Positions 8,960 to 18,853 of a DNA stretch of 64,000 bases are shown piece by piece (position 1 is the stretch's first letter; every line of letters starts with the position of its first letter). A program made the position numbers and the translations under genes. This DNA comes from an uncultured bacterium (GTDB lineage Bacteria > Patescibacteriota > Minisyncoccia > UBA6257 > 2-01-FULL-56-20). The DNA is taken from assembly GCA_963718575.1 (NCBI GenBank), contig OY970358.1:578172-642171 (forward strand), read 5' to 3'. The notes beneath the pieces were generated by a model that made no database searches, was not told where the DNA came from, and was given only the letters and a program-made list of their open reading frames with translations.

Positions 8960-9895
8960 TTAAAAAGACTTCATGCTGTACTCGATCTGGCCGAGCGTCT
9001 GTGCTGTTTGCCAATTATTAAAATCATCCCGCCAATAATATGTGTTGCCTTTGGCGTCCGTGAAGGGGGCAACGAGATCGTATCCGGCGATTGGAGGATT
9101 GTAGGTACCGCTCTCGGAGTATTCGCCCGTGCCATGAAAATCGGTCTCTCCAAGCGTGTCGCTCGCATTAAAATGGGCGGTGGCTACTCCGATAGCGCCC
9201 GCTTCCTCTGCAGATGGATATGATTGATTGATGAATAACGTTACTGATCCTCCGTTCGTGCCCAATCCTTTGAACGTTATACTTTCCGAGCTTGCATTCG
9301 ACGAACTCTGAATGGACAGAGAAAAAGTAAAAGGATAGGTAACACTGAATCTATAGCTTTGATTAGTATATGTTTGCATCGGCGTCGCGACTGGATATGT
9401 TACGCTTGGCCCGGCAGGGGCGTTTTCTTCGTTCTGAAGATGCTCAAGGTATTGCGGGCTGACCTGCCAAGAGAGTGGAATTATTGGCAATGCCAAACAT
9501 CCGGCATTGCCCGGATTTCGATCGTAAATACACGCTCCGGGCGGAATGAGCCATACCGCCAAAAGAAATGGAAAGATTATATTTACGACTCCAAGGCATA
9601 GTGGAAATATATAAGGCGCTTTCGATGCCCCAAGTGGTTTTATGGTCGAGAGCGCCTTTATGGCAAAAACGATTGCAATAATACCGAGCGGTATGGCTAT
9701 AAGAAAAGAAAATACCGGAGCTCCGAGTTCGAATACCGCCGCAAATCCCAACGCACCGAAACCGCCAGTGCCCGTGATCAAAACAGAGAAAAAGAGCCAG
9801 GCGATAATAAAAAGCCCTGGGGCGATGAGGCCGAAAACGAGCGAAATTATGCCGAACGTCCGTGCTTTGGATAAGGCGACGTCCATATAGTCCAA
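8960..9895 (-). CDS. Membrane protein with 3 TM helices and an extracellular (PsbP-like) C-terminal domain
   Basis: Hydrophobic N-terminal third; TYTNQSYRFSVTYP motif; TATGAT a few nt upstream of the ATG. Confidence 0.75.
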   Translation of the reverse strand: MDYMDVALSKARTFGIISLVFGLIAPGLFIIAWLFFSVLITGTGGFGALGFAAVFELGAPVFSFLIAIPLGIIAIVFAIKALSTIKPLGASKAPYIFPLCLGVVNIIFPFLLAVWLIPPGACIYDRNPGNAGCLALPIIPLSWQVSPQYLEHLQNEENAPAGPSVTYPVATPMQTYTNQSYRFSVTYPFTFSLSIQSSSNASSESITFKGLGTNGGSVTLFINQSYPSAEEAGAIGVATAHFNASDTLGETDFHGTGEYSESGTYNPPIAGYDLVAPFTDAKGNTYYWRDDFNNWQTAQTLGQIEYSMKSF

Positions 9896-9961
9896 TTATA
9901 TCATAATAATATGATATAATTCTTAAAAGGTCCGGCATCCAACTAATCTCGTTATAAAAAT

Positions 9962-10120
9962 ATGGTAAGAGGAAACTTTATCGGCGCGGCGATCGTTGCG
10001 ATCATCTATACGGTCTATATCTTAGTGAAGCCGTTGGAAAGTCGCACACACGAGGCGATAGTCTTGGTGGTGCTTAATGCATTGACCATCGTGTTGTTGA
10101 GCTTTGCGTTCAAACAGTAA
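9962..10120 (+). CDS. Small two-TM protein (52 aa)
   Basis: MVRGNFIGAAIVAIIYTVYILVKPLESRTHEAIVLVVLNALTIVLLSFAFKQ; below the ORF-track cutoff. Confidence 0.55.
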   Translation: MVRGNFIGAAIVAIIYTVYILVKPLESRTHEAIVLVVLNALTIVLLSFAFKQ

Positions 10121-10201
10121 AGGAGTTGTAATTTTCACTTGGGGAGGCTACTATCTTTTTAGATATTTCGGTCAGTATTTCAAAACGAAAGGGGAGCGAG
10201 C

Positions 10202-10681
10202 ATGGTATTGATGGACGGATTGCAGGAACCGGTGAACATCACTACGATCGACGACGCAACAAAAGAAGCGGTGAGCACCTTGATTGCGCAAGGATATCCC
10301 GGCGCCGAGCGATATGTCGAGAGACGTTTCTACTCTCGTTCATTCAGGAGGGGTGGCCGCCCGGTCTTTTTCCTGGGGCGAAGCCAGGAGGGGAAGGTGG
10401 CAGCCATCGGATGCATGGAGATCTATGAGCACAATAATGTCTCGACCGCCTTCATCCGTGAAGTGGTGGTTGACGGAGCGATCCGCACCGCCGAGATGGA
10501 GCGTTCCATCTTTAACCGTCTCGTTTCATGGGCAGCTTTTCTATTCCGGGTCGATGTCATCAAGGTGGATGATCGGGCGTGCCTTGTTTCGAAAGAAGTT
10601 TTTTTACAGGCGATGTTCCATCACTATGAGGGCTCTCATCTCTGGCGGCGTTCGAACCTGCCGAGCGGGGACCATCAGTAG
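10202..10681 (+). CDS. Divergent GNAT-like acetyltransferase
   Basis: EGKVAAIG...AFIREVVVD..IR pattern; the acetyl-CoA motif is degenerate; SD present. Confidence 0.55.
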   Translation: MVLMDGLQEPVNITTIDDATKEAVSTLIAQGYPGAERYVERRFYSRSFRRGGRPVFFLGRSQEGKVAAIGCMEIYEHNNVSTAFIREVVVDGAIRTAEMERSIFNRLVSWAAFLFRVDVIKVDDRACLVSKEVFLQAMFHHYEGSHLWRRSNLPSGDHQ

Positions 10682-10771
10682 TTGGGCGTCTGCGTGTGCG
10701 TCATTGAATCGCCGAGGTAATTTCTCGGCGATTTTTATCATGCCATTCTTTAAAAGTGGTACTATTATTTA

Positions 10772-11476
10772 ATGAAAACAGTGTTGATTACCGGCATCGG
10801 CAGGGGAATCGGAAAAAGCCTTGCGGAGAAATTTTTGCGTGAAGGATATGCGGTGATTGGCACGACGTTCACGAGCGCGCCGGCCGTCGGCATAAGCGCC
10901 TCGACCGCGGACGCGAGCGATGCCGCCGCGCCGAATCTCGCGGTCTATTCACTGGATCTATCCTCCGATGAAAGTATCGCGCAATGCGCCGCCGCAATTG
11001 CGGCTGCAGGCAAAAAAATAGATATTCACATCAATAACGCGGGCGCGTTGGTGGACGAGAATGAAACGAGCGTCGTCATCGAAACGTTGCGCAAGACGCT
11101 TCAAATAAATTTAGTTGGCACGATCGACTTCACCGAGCGGATGCTGTCACTGGTAAATGCCGGCGGGCATATCGTAAATATTTCATCGTCCGCGGCGTCG
11201 CTCGCCGAAGTGGAATACGAAAGCCATGAGCCGGGCCATTATCCGAGCTACAAGATCTCCAAGACCGCGCTCAATATGTATACGCGGACGCTCGCGATGC
11301 GGCTCAAGGGGAATATCACCGTGTCGTCGGTACATCCCGGGTGGACGAAGACGGATATGGGTGGCGCCAAAGCTGACTTCACGCCGGATGAAGCGGCGGC
11401 GCACATCTTCGACCTCGCGGTATCTACGCCGGAGACCGGGCAGTTCTGGTTCAACGGAAAGAAAATCCCCTGGTAG
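10772..11476 (+). CDS. Short-chain dehydrogenase/reductase (C-factor-like)
   Basis: TGIGRGIG, INNAG, YKISK, VHPGWTKTDMGG. Confidence 0.95.
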   Translation: MKTVLITGIGRGIGKSLAEKFLREGYAVIGTTFTSAPAVGISASTADASDAAAPNLAVYSLDLSSDESIAQCAAAIAAAGKKIDIHINNAGALVDENETSVVIETLRKTLQINLVGTIDFTERMLSLVNAGGHIVNISSSAASLAEVEYESHEPGHYPSYKISKTALNMYTRTLAMRLKGNITVSSVHPGWTKTDMGGAKADFTPDEAAAHIFDLAVSTPETGQFWFNGKKIPW

Positions 11477-11494
11477 GTTAATCGAATATAAAAA

Positions 11495-11525
11495 CGGACC
11501 AGAGAGCGGAATGCTCTCTGGTCCG
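11495..11525. terminator. Intrinsic terminator between convergent genes
   Basis: CGGACCAGAGAGC-GGAAT-GCTCTCTGGTCCG. Confidence 0.7.
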
Positions 11526-11549
11526 GGATAGCGGGCGTATGTGTTGTTA

Positions 11550-11885
11550 TTAGTTAACCCATGCTGGTTGGCATGAGACCAGCGCTTTTACACCCTCCTC
11601 TTCTGCAGCTTTGAGCGCCTTTTCGAGATAGTCTTGAACGGCACCCGGAGGACGGACGGGTTCCCCGGATCTTGGATCGGTAAGCTCGCTTAACTCTTTC
11701 AATGCGTCAATCCCTGATTTCTTTGCGACGCCAATTGCAGCCATAAACAGGTTGTGCCACCTGAGTCTTGCTTTGGCGCTTTCGGCGGAGTTCTCCGGCG
11801 CGCGGTTGTATTCCCGGCGCGCCTGGATCAATTCATCAGGGGTTATTTCCAGAGATGAGTGGGCGATCACTCGCTGAATCGACAT
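11550..11885 (-). CDS. Hypothetical protein (orphan)
   Basis: 111-aa ORF with AAGGAG SD and TTGACG promoter-like sequence upstream. Confidence 0.6.
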   Translation of the reverse strand: MSIQRVIAHSSLEITPDELIQARREYNRAPENSAESAKARLRWHNLFMAAIGVAKKSGIDALKELSELTDPRSGEPVRPPGAVQDYLEKALKAAEEEGVKALVSCQPAWVN

Positions 11886-11965
11886 TCCTCTTACGCTCCT
11901 TATATTTCAATTTACTACTGCAACCACAAGAGATAACTATATTGCCTTCGCTACGGCTCGTCAAC

Positions 11966-13243
11966 CTATAGCGTCACAAACATTGCGATCGCCGCGGCGG
12001 CCATCAACGCGAATGTTGCCCAGACGAAAACGTTCGAAAGCCAGCCGCTCTTGTACTCGCCCATGATCTTTTTGTTGGCGGCCATGCGGGCGATGATGAA
12101 GATGAGCGGCACGGCCGCGACGCCGTTGAAGACCGCGGTGAAGACGAGTGCCTTGATCGGATTGATGCCGATAAAGTTGATCATCAATCCGACGATCGTT
12201 GCGATCGTGATGATGCCGTAAAATCCGTGCGCACGTTTTAACTTTAAGTTAAGGCCTTCGCGCCAGTTGAGCGTTTCGGTGAGTGCGTATGAAGCGCTCG
12301 CGGAAAGCACGGGCACGGCGAGCAGGCCAAGCCCGATGATGCCAATCGCAAAGAGCCACTTGGCGACGAGGCCTGCGTCGGGGAAGCTGTGCACGAGCGG
12401 TTCGAGCGCGCGCGCCGCGTCCGCGGCGGTGCCGATGTTCGTGACGCCGTGCGTGTTCAATACGGTCGCCGCGACCACGATGATGCACCATGTCGCGACT
12501 TCCGACGACAGCATGCCAAGGAAATTGTCCCAGCGCAGGCGTCGCATAAACGATCTCGTCGGTTTTGCCGCGCCGTCCTTTATCAAGCGTTGTTCTTTTT
12601 CTTCCTCGACCTCTTCCGAGGCTTCCCAGAAAAACATATAGGGCGAGATCGTGGTGCCGAGTACGCCCGTGATAATAAAGAGGAATGCGAACGAGAACTC
12701 GATGTGCGGCAGGAACGTCGCGCGCAGGATCGTCATCCATGGCTCGCTGATCAAGAACACTGTGAGCGGATATGAGATGAGCACGAGCGCGAGCCACTTC
12801 AAGATCTTTGCATAATTTTTATATGAGACGAAAACTTCGAGCAATAAGATGACCGCGGTGAAGAAGAGCGTGAGCAGGGTGAAGTTGATCGGGATGATGA
12901 GCTGGGCCGCCGCGCCCATCGCGCCAAGATCCGCACCGATGTTGATCGTATTGGCGATAAGGATGAGTGCGAGCAGTCCGTATAAGATTTTACGGTCGTA
13001 ATTCTCTTTGACGACTGCCGCAATGCCTTTGCCCGTCACCGCGCCGATACGCGCGCAAGCTTCCTGGATTGCCACCATAAAAGGGAGCAGGAAGAGCGCC
13101 GTCCACAACTGGCCGTAGCCGAACTGTGCGCCGGTTTGGCTGTATGTGGCAATGCCCGACGGATCGTCATCCGCCGCGCCGGTGATCAGCCCGGGTCCCA
13201 CGAGCTTGAGCAGCTTCTTCGTCTTTCGACCGAATTTTGCCAT
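11966..13243 (-). CDS. NRAMP-family divalent metal transporter
   Basis: GPGLITGAADDDPSGIATY and GTTISPY motifs; about 11 TM helices. Confidence 0.93.
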   Translation of the reverse strand: MAKFGRKTKKLLKLVGPGLITGAADDDPSGIATYSQTGAQFGYGQLWTALFLLPFMVAIQEACARIGAVTGKGIAAVVKENYDRKILYGLLALILIANTINIGADLGAMGAAAQLIIPINFTLLTLFFTAVILLLEVFVSYKNYAKILKWLALVLISYPLTVFLISEPWMTILRATFLPHIEFSFAFLFIITGVLGTTISPYMFFWEASEEVEEEKEQRLIKDGAAKPTRSFMRRLRWDNFLGMLSSEVATWCIIVVAATVLNTHGVTNIGTAADAARALEPLVHSFPDAGLVAKWLFAIGIIGLGLLAVPVLSASASYALTETLNWREGLNLKLKRAHGFYGIITIATIVGLMINFIGINPIKALVFTAVFNGVAAVPLIFIIARMAANKKIMGEYKSGWLSNVFVWATFALMAAAAIAMFVTL

Positions 13244-13335
13244 AGATTCATCTTAGACGAATTGCCGAAATAAAAAAGGACCGCCACGAAGGAGGTCCTT
13301 TTGAAGTAATCAATAGCGGCTGTTTCGCCGCCCGG

Positions 13336-13554
13336 TCATTCGAGCAGGGGCCTGTGAAGCATGGCTCTCACGACGACGATTCCCAGCAAAGCGACCATGA
13401 TCGTCGCTGTCACTATCGAGATGAGTATCTCTTTTTGATAGCCCCAATTTGGGAAATTGTTGTGATAGACGACGAGGCACGCCAGGAGCGTTATAAGCCA
13501 CCCGACGACAAGAAGCAACCTGTACGCGAATAAGCGACCAAAGAGCTCTTTCAC
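13336..13554 (-). CDS. Small two-TM orphan protein
   Basis: GGGAGG SD before GTG at 13554; hairpin terminator at about 13275-13302. Confidence 0.55.
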   Translation of the reverse strand: MKELFGRLFAYRLLLVVGWLITLLACLVVYHNNFPNWGYQKEILISIVTATIMVALLGIVVVRAMLHRPLLE

Positions 13555-13716
13555 CGCGTTTCCCTCCCGGAGAGGATAATAACCTATAAATATCGCCTTT
13601 TCAAATCCTCTTTTCGCGGCTTTTGTGCCACTTGACAAATTTTAAGAAGTGGAGTATTATTATCAGGCAATAAAGAAACGTCGTCGAACTTCTAGAAAAG
13701 CAAAAATACTAATTAC

Positions 13717-13917
13717 ATGATGCAAGGAACTATCAAGACCCTTACGGACCGTGGATTCGGTTTTATCGCGCGCGATGGCGAAGCGAAAGACCTTTTCTTC
13801 CACTCCAAGGAGTTGAATGGTGTCGCATTTGATGATCTTAAGGTTGGCGATGTCGTCACTTTCGAGGTTATCGAAGGCGAAAAGGGCCCGGCCGCGACGA
13901 ACGTCAGCCGCGTCTAG
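13717..13917 (+). CDS. cspA: Cold-shock protein
   Basis: RGFGFI and DLFFH RNP motifs, KGPAA; TTGACA-17-TATTAT promoter; terminator follows. Confidence 0.96.
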   Translation: MMQGTIKTLTDRGFGFIARDGEAKDLFFHSKELNGVAFDDLKVGDVVTFEVIEGEKGPAATNVSRV

Positions 13918-13924
13918 TCTCACC

Positions 13925-13964
13925 AAAACAAAAACCGCCGCTTCACCGCGGCGGTTTTTGTTTT
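13925..13964. terminator. Bidirectional intrinsic terminator
   Basis: AAAACAAAAACCGCCGC-TTCACC-GCGGCGGTTTTTGTTTT. Confidence 0.85.
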
Positions 13965-14029
13965 GCCCTGGCGCCGTGCGGCGCGATAAAGAAATCGCCC
14001 CGGCCGAAGTGCGGCAGGGGCGATGGGTT

Positions 14030-14386
14030 TCAGAACATCGATAGGTTTGAGTGCGCGGGATGGAAATCTTCCAGGACGTTCATTTTGAGCGGACCGGCGC
14101 AGGCATTGAATGTTATTGCAAAGCTCAACGCCTGCACGCGGTGTTCGGTTCCGGCGGGGACGTCGAACGCGGTCCATCTTTTATGCCAGATGAACGCGTA
14201 TTTTTTGACGACTCGGCGTATTTCGAGCATTCCATTGCCTACCGCCCAAAGAATATAGGTCTTTTCGTCGACATTGTGGTCATGAGCCTTGCTCATTGCG
14301 CCTTTCAGCCAAAAGAACAGGCTGTATTCCCGTTTCCTCCGCCAGAGGAGGATTTTGAGATACCCTTTTCCAAAGATTAATTTCAC
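14030..14386 (-). CDS. Cupin-like protein
   Basis: HDH..DE and VPAGTEHRV cupin motifs; GGAGG SD before GTG at 14386. Confidence 0.65.
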   Translation of the reverse strand: MKLIFGKGYLKILLWRRKREYSLFFWLKGAMSKAHDHNVDEKTYILWAVGNGMLEIRRVVKKYAFIWHKRWTAFDVPAGTEHRVQALSFAITFNACAGPLKMNVLEDFHPAHSNLSMF

Positions 14387-14474
14387 GCGAACCTCCTTCC
14401 ATGAGGGGATATCTTGCTCCCACCACCATAAATCTGCGCCGCATAAAATGCAACCAGCGTGATACAATAGATTT

Positions 14475-15497
14475 ATGCCAACCATGCGTCCCGGATCGCA
14501 ATTTTTCATCGGCGTGCTCATTCTGACGGCGCTGCTTGTAGCGCTCATTTTTCTGCCCGAGCTGAATGTGATCGTGCTCGGCGTCAGCCTCGGCGTACTC
14601 TTTCAGCCGTGGTACGGCACGCTTCGGAAATGGTTCGGCGGGAAGGACGGCCTGGCGGCGGCGCTGATCGTTCTCGTTGCCATCGCGCTCATCCTTATCC
14701 CGCTCGCGTTCTTCGGCTTTCAGATATTTCTGGAGGCGCAGGGATTGTACGGCTACCTTGCATCCGGCAGCGGCATTCCGCTCATCAATTGGTTCCACGC
14801 GGAGCTCTTGCGATTCCTCCCGTCGCTCAATATCAACGTTGGTCTCTATCTCCAGCAGATATTGGGCATCGTGATCAGCAACCTCGGCCCGATATTTTCC
14901 GGCGTGCTCGGCATCTTTGCGACATTCTTTCTCTCGTTCTTCGCGCTCTATTATTTCCTAAAGGACGGCCCCGCGCTTGCCGCGGCAGCCAAGCGATGGA
15001 GCCCGTTGCCGGAAAAGCATACGACGGAGATATTTGAAAAACTCCATTCGATGGCGAGCTCCGTCATCCGCGGGTCGCTTCTTGTGTCGGTGCTCTACGG
15101 CATCCTCGTCGGGATAGGATTTTTTATCTTCGGATTGCCGAGCGCGATACTCTGGGGCGCGGTGACGGTGGTCGCGGCGTTCATCCCGGTGTTCGGCGTT
15201 TTCCTCATCGTGGTGCCGGGGATCGTTTCGCTCGCGATCGGCGGCCACGCGCTTGCGGCGATCGGCCTTGCCGCGTGGACTATTGTGTTCGCCGCGTTCG
15301 TGGAAAATATGCTGCGCCCGTGGCTCCTCGGCCACAAGGCAAAGATCCATCCGATGCTGATGCTCTTTGCCGTGCTTGGCGGATTATCATTCTTCGGTCC
15401 GATCGGGATTTTGCTCGGGCCGCTTGCGCTCAGCTTATTGCTTACCCTGCTTGCGATCTATCCCTTGTTCGCCTTGGAAAGCTTGAACAGAAAGTGA
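14475..15497 (+). CDS. AI-2E family transporter
   Basis: YYFLKDG, IPVFG, ENMLRP, IHP, GGLSFFGPIGILLGP. Confidence 0.93.
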   Translation: MPTMRPGSQFFIGVLILTALLVALIFLPELNVIVLGVSLGVLFQPWYGTLRKWFGGKDGLAAALIVLVAIALILIPLAFFGFQIFLEAQGLYGYLASGSGIPLINWFHAELLRFLPSLNINVGLYLQQILGIVISNLGPIFSGVLGIFATFFLSFFALYYFLKDGPALAAAAKRWSPLPEKHTTEIFEKLHSMASSVIRGSLLVSVLYGILVGIGFFIFGLPSAILWGAVTVVAAFIPVFGVFLIVVPGIVSLAIGGHALAAIGLAAWTIVFAAFVENMLRPWLLGHKAKIHPMLMLFAVLGGLSFFGPIGILLGPLALSLLLTLLAIYPLFALESLNRK

Positions 15498-15976
15498 GAG
15501 AGGATTCCTGCAACAAGCAGGATGAGGATGATGATGTCGGGGTTCGAAACGAAGGCCGACAAGCCGAGTACGGTGCCCCAAAGGAAAAGGAGCCATATGA
15601 AGTTGCCCGCAAGTGTCAATAAAAATGTCATATTGAACGGCAGGCCGATCCATGCGCCAATGAACGCGTTTATATATGGGAAGTCGATGATGCCGAGCAG
15701 GGCGAGCGATAGTTTTTCACCGTGCGTCCCGAGCGTGCGTTTGCCTTTGTTGATATATTTTTCCACCCAGTGGAAGAAGCGCGTATCGTCGAATTTTTCC
15801 TTCGTGAACTTTCCGAGCATATAGCCGACGTACATGTCGAGCGACGTCGTGCAGATCCAGATCAGGTTGATCGCCCAGATCGGGAAATTATTTTGCAGCG
15901 CGATCACGAAGACGATCGCGCTCGAGGCGAACTCCTGGGGGATCAACACACCGGCGACGAGCAGCCACATGGACAT
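15458..15976 (-). CDS. Membrane protein (DedA/VTT-like)
   Basis: Hydrophobic C-terminal part of ORF 15458..16483; TGTTACAAT 6 nt before the ATG ending at 15976. Confidence 0.7.
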   Translation of the reverse strand: MSMWLLVAGVLIPQEFASSAIVFVIALQNNFPIWAINLIWICTTSLDMYVGYMLGKFTKEKFDDTRFFHWVEKYINKGKRTLGTHGEKLSLALLGIIDFPYINAFIGAWIGLPFNMTFLLTLAGNFIWLLFLWGTVLGLSAFVSNPDIIILILLVAGILSHFLFKLSKANKG

Positions 15977-16042
15977 GCCCTTATTGTAACAATGTTTTTG
16001 CCGTTTTGGCGCGCGCCGCGCGCGGTGTATAATGATGTCCAT

Positions 16043-16777
16043 ATGGCAAAGTTCAAGAACACCGCAGACTCGGCGCCGGGCATCCAGCCGGGCGAGACGA
16101 TCGAGGTGAAGGGCGTGACGTATATGCGGTATCCGATCAAAGTGCCGCGGCTGATCGCGTTCGGCGAGGGCCTGCCGGAGGCGGTAAATGAATTTGTAAA
16201 GCCGCATTATAAAGAGGGGGATTGGGTGGCGGTTTCGGAGAAGATCGTGTCGATCTCGCAGAATTTGGTGCGACATATCTCGACGGTAAAGGTGGGGCGG
16301 CTTGCGCAGTTCATCACGCTCGGCGTCAAGAAGCACAAGAATATGACCGCGTGGTCGCGGCCGGAAAAGATGCAGGTGGCGATCGAGATCGTGGGCGCGC
16401 CGCGGATGATCCTCGCCGCGGGTGTCGGTGCCGTCGGCAAATTGATCGGCAAGCGCGGCTGGTTCTGGATCGTCGCCGGGCACCGCGTGTCGGAGATCGA
16501 CGGCTTCATCCCGGAGGATATGTATCCGTACACCGAGTGGGGCGTCTTGCCGCCGCCGGATCCGCAGGGTGATTGCGACCGCGTCGAGCGCGAGACGGGG
16601 ATCCCGACGGTGACCGCCGACGCGAACTACATCGACGTGCAGGTGCTTGGCGTGAGCGCCGGCGTGGGACTCGATAAAAAAACCGTGCGTGAGATCCTGC
16701 TCGACAATCCGCTGGGGCAGGGGAATAAGATGACACCGTTCGTGATCGTGCGCCGTGTTGGCGCGCCGGCGGCTTAA
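16043..16777 (+). CDS. Coenzyme F420:L-glutamate ligase-like (CofE family) protein
   Basis: VSEKIVSISQ, EIDG, DAN, DNPLGQG..TP motifs. Confidence 0.8.
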   Translation: MAKFKNTADSAPGIQPGETIEVKGVTYMRYPIKVPRLIAFGEGLPEAVNEFVKPHYKEGDWVAVSEKIVSISQNLVRHISTVKVGRLAQFITLGVKKHKNMTAWSRPEKMQVAIEIVGAPRMILAAGVGAVGKLIGKRGWFWIVAGHRVSEIDGFIPEDMYPYTEWGVLPPPDPQGDCDRVERETGIPTVTADANYIDVQVLGVSAGVGLDKKTVREILLDNPLGQGNKMTPFVIVRRVGAPAA

Positions 16778-16802
16778 TCAATATTTAATATTTACAAAAA
16801 CG

Positions 16803-17606
16803 ATGAGCTTTCGAAGCACGATAAAAAAGCATGTCGCACTGCCATGGCCGTTGCTCTATATATATCGCAAGGTTTATTACGCGCGAAAGGATATTCCCGC
16901 CGCGCTTGGATTTGTTTTTCATGGCACGAAGTCGCCGACGACGTTCGGTGAGCGCCTCGCGCTCGTCGGAAAATTTTATAAGATCTCATACTATGTTGAT
17001 TGTCCGCACACCGAGCATGAGATGATCGTTATCACGCGGCAGATCTTGAATTTAGGCGCGGCCGACGGTGCCCCGAGCGCGGTGCCGGGCGTGATCGTCG
17101 AGGCCGGCTCATTCCACGGCGGGAGCACGGCAAAATTTTCACTCGTCGCAAGGTTGTGCGATCGGCAATTCCACGTGTTCGATTCGTTTGCCGGCATGCC
17201 GGAGAATGCCGAGGAACACGGCAAGAGCATCTACGGCCGCGAGCACCATTTCCCGAAAGGCAGCCATGCTGTGCCGTTTGAGGAGGTGAAAGGCAATGTC
17301 GCGCGCTACGGCGATGCATCGCGCGTGCACTATCACAAAGGATTTTTCAGCGACACCATGCCCGATTTCCACGAGCCGGTTGCCGCCGCGTGCGTGAACG
17401 TCGACCTCGTGCAATCCACGCGCGACTGCTATCACAATCTTTATCCATTGCTCTCGCCGGGCGGCATCATCATCTCGCAGGATGCGCATTTTCCGTGGAT
17501 CATTGACCTATTTGAAAGCGACGCGTTTTGGGAAAAAGAGCTTGGTATAAAAAAACCCGCGATGCCGGGGCTTGGCGTGTTGAAATTTGTGACGGTGAGG
17601 AAATAA
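16803..17606 (+). CDS. TylF/MycF-family O-methyltransferase
   Basis: VPGVIVEAGSFHGGS, FDSFAGMP, KGFFSDT, VDLVQS, PGGII. Confidence 0.9.
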   Translation: MSFRSTIKKHVALPWPLLYIYRKVYYARKDIPAALGFVFHGTKSPTTFGERLALVGKFYKISYYVDCPHTEHEMIVITRQILNLGAADGAPSAVPGVIVEAGSFHGGSTAKFSLVARLCDRQFHVFDSFAGMPENAEEHGKSIYGREHHFPKGSHAVPFEEVKGNVARYGDASRVHYHKGFFSDTMPDFHEPVAAACVNVDLVQSTRDCYHNLYPLLSPGGIIISQDAHFPWIIDLFESDAFWEKELGIKKPAMPGLGVLKFVTVRK

Positions 17607-17707
17607 GAAAAATCCCGCCAGAACGGGATTTTTCTTGACACACATAGCCCTTTGGTGAATAGTATGGGAAGCACGGAATCATTTCCGATACAACAGGAGA
17701 GATCATC

Positions 17708-18730
17708 ATGACCAAGGCAGAAGTGCGACAAATGACTAATAGAAAGCGTGCGCTCCTTAAACGCATGCAAACCCGGTATGCCCCAATCAGAAGAATGAGG
17801 ATACCGTCATGGGTCGCCTCAGCTCCCTGGTTCAAGGAATCCGGGCTTATAAAGATCCTTGAGGTGTATGCATTACTTGCATTCATGTTTGAGGGTTTTA
17901 GCGGAAAGATTGCTGCTGCTTTCAAAATTCTTTTGGAAGAGGAAGCGGCAGGACATCTTGCTAGCAAGCCAATTGTTGTGGCGGCAACTTCGGGTAATTT
18001 CGGTTTTGCGATGGCGATGCTTCTTGTTTCTCTTCGGAAAGTTTTTGATGTCGGCGGTTTTATCGCCGTCGTCGAATCGACTACTTCCCCTGGAAAACTT
18101 GCACATCTTCGCCGTTCCGGAGCGCTCGTTGTGATTGCTGATGGAATGACTGCAATTCAACGCGCCGATCAGTTTAAAAGCAGGGTCGGATACCTCGTTA
18201 TCAACCAGTACACGCACATGGGTAATGTGCGTGGTCAGGAATGGGCTGCCAACAAGATCTATCGCTTTTTCAAAGACAGACTTTCTGTTTTTGTGGCGGC
18301 GGTAGGTTCGACTGCTTCGATCGTTGGCGCAAAGCTGTATCTCGAAAAACTGATCCCCGGGATCAAGTTCGTCGGGGTTGGCTCTAGCTCCAAAAAGGAT
18401 AAGGTTCCTGGCAGTCGCCCCGAAGAAGATCTTGGCGTCACCGGGTTTGGCTACGAAGAAGCACTTGCTTACTACAAACTCGTGACGAGCGTTTCCAAAA
18501 AAGAAGCGTTCGAGGCGAGCCAAGAGTTGATTAGCAATGGCATCTCTGCGGGTCCGACATCGGGCCTCACGATTGCCGGCTTCTTCAAATTGTTAGAACA
18601 GGAATACCGGGCCGGTCGTCTTAACGCCATGAAGAACAAGTATGGCAAGATCGTTGTTTGCTGTCTTTTTATGGACATGTTCCTTCCTTATGTAGAAGAA
18701 TATGACGCGGTTCTGGGAGTCGCCTCATAG
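17708..18730 (+). CDS. Divergent PLP-dependent cysteine-synthase-family enzyme
   Basis: SGK (putative PLP lysine), ATSGNFG, NQY, VGSTAS, GPTSG. Confidence 0.85.
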   Translation: MTKAEVRQMTNRKRALLKRMQTRYAPIRRMRIPSWVASAPWFKESGLIKILEVYALLAFMFEGFSGKIAAAFKILLEEEAAGHLASKPIVVAATSGNFGFAMAMLLVSLRKVFDVGGFIAVVESTTSPGKLAHLRRSGALVVIADGMTAIQRADQFKSRVGYLVINQYTHMGNVRGQEWAANKIYRFFKDRLSVFVAAVGSTASIVGAKLYLEKLIPGIKFVGVGSSSKKDKVPGSRPEEDLGVTGFGYEEALAYYKLVTSVSKKEAFEASQELISNGISAGPTSGLTIAGFFKLLEQEYRAGRLNAMKNKYGKIVVCCLFMDMFLPYVEEYDAVLGVAS

Positions 18731-18853
18731 GTTTCTTCTCATATGTTTACTAAGCCGGCTGCGCACAACCATGCGCCGCCGGCTTTTCTTTTATATATCA
18801 AAGCCATCCTCTCGGTTAGCTTTTCTATTGAAAACAGGTAAAATATATAGACT

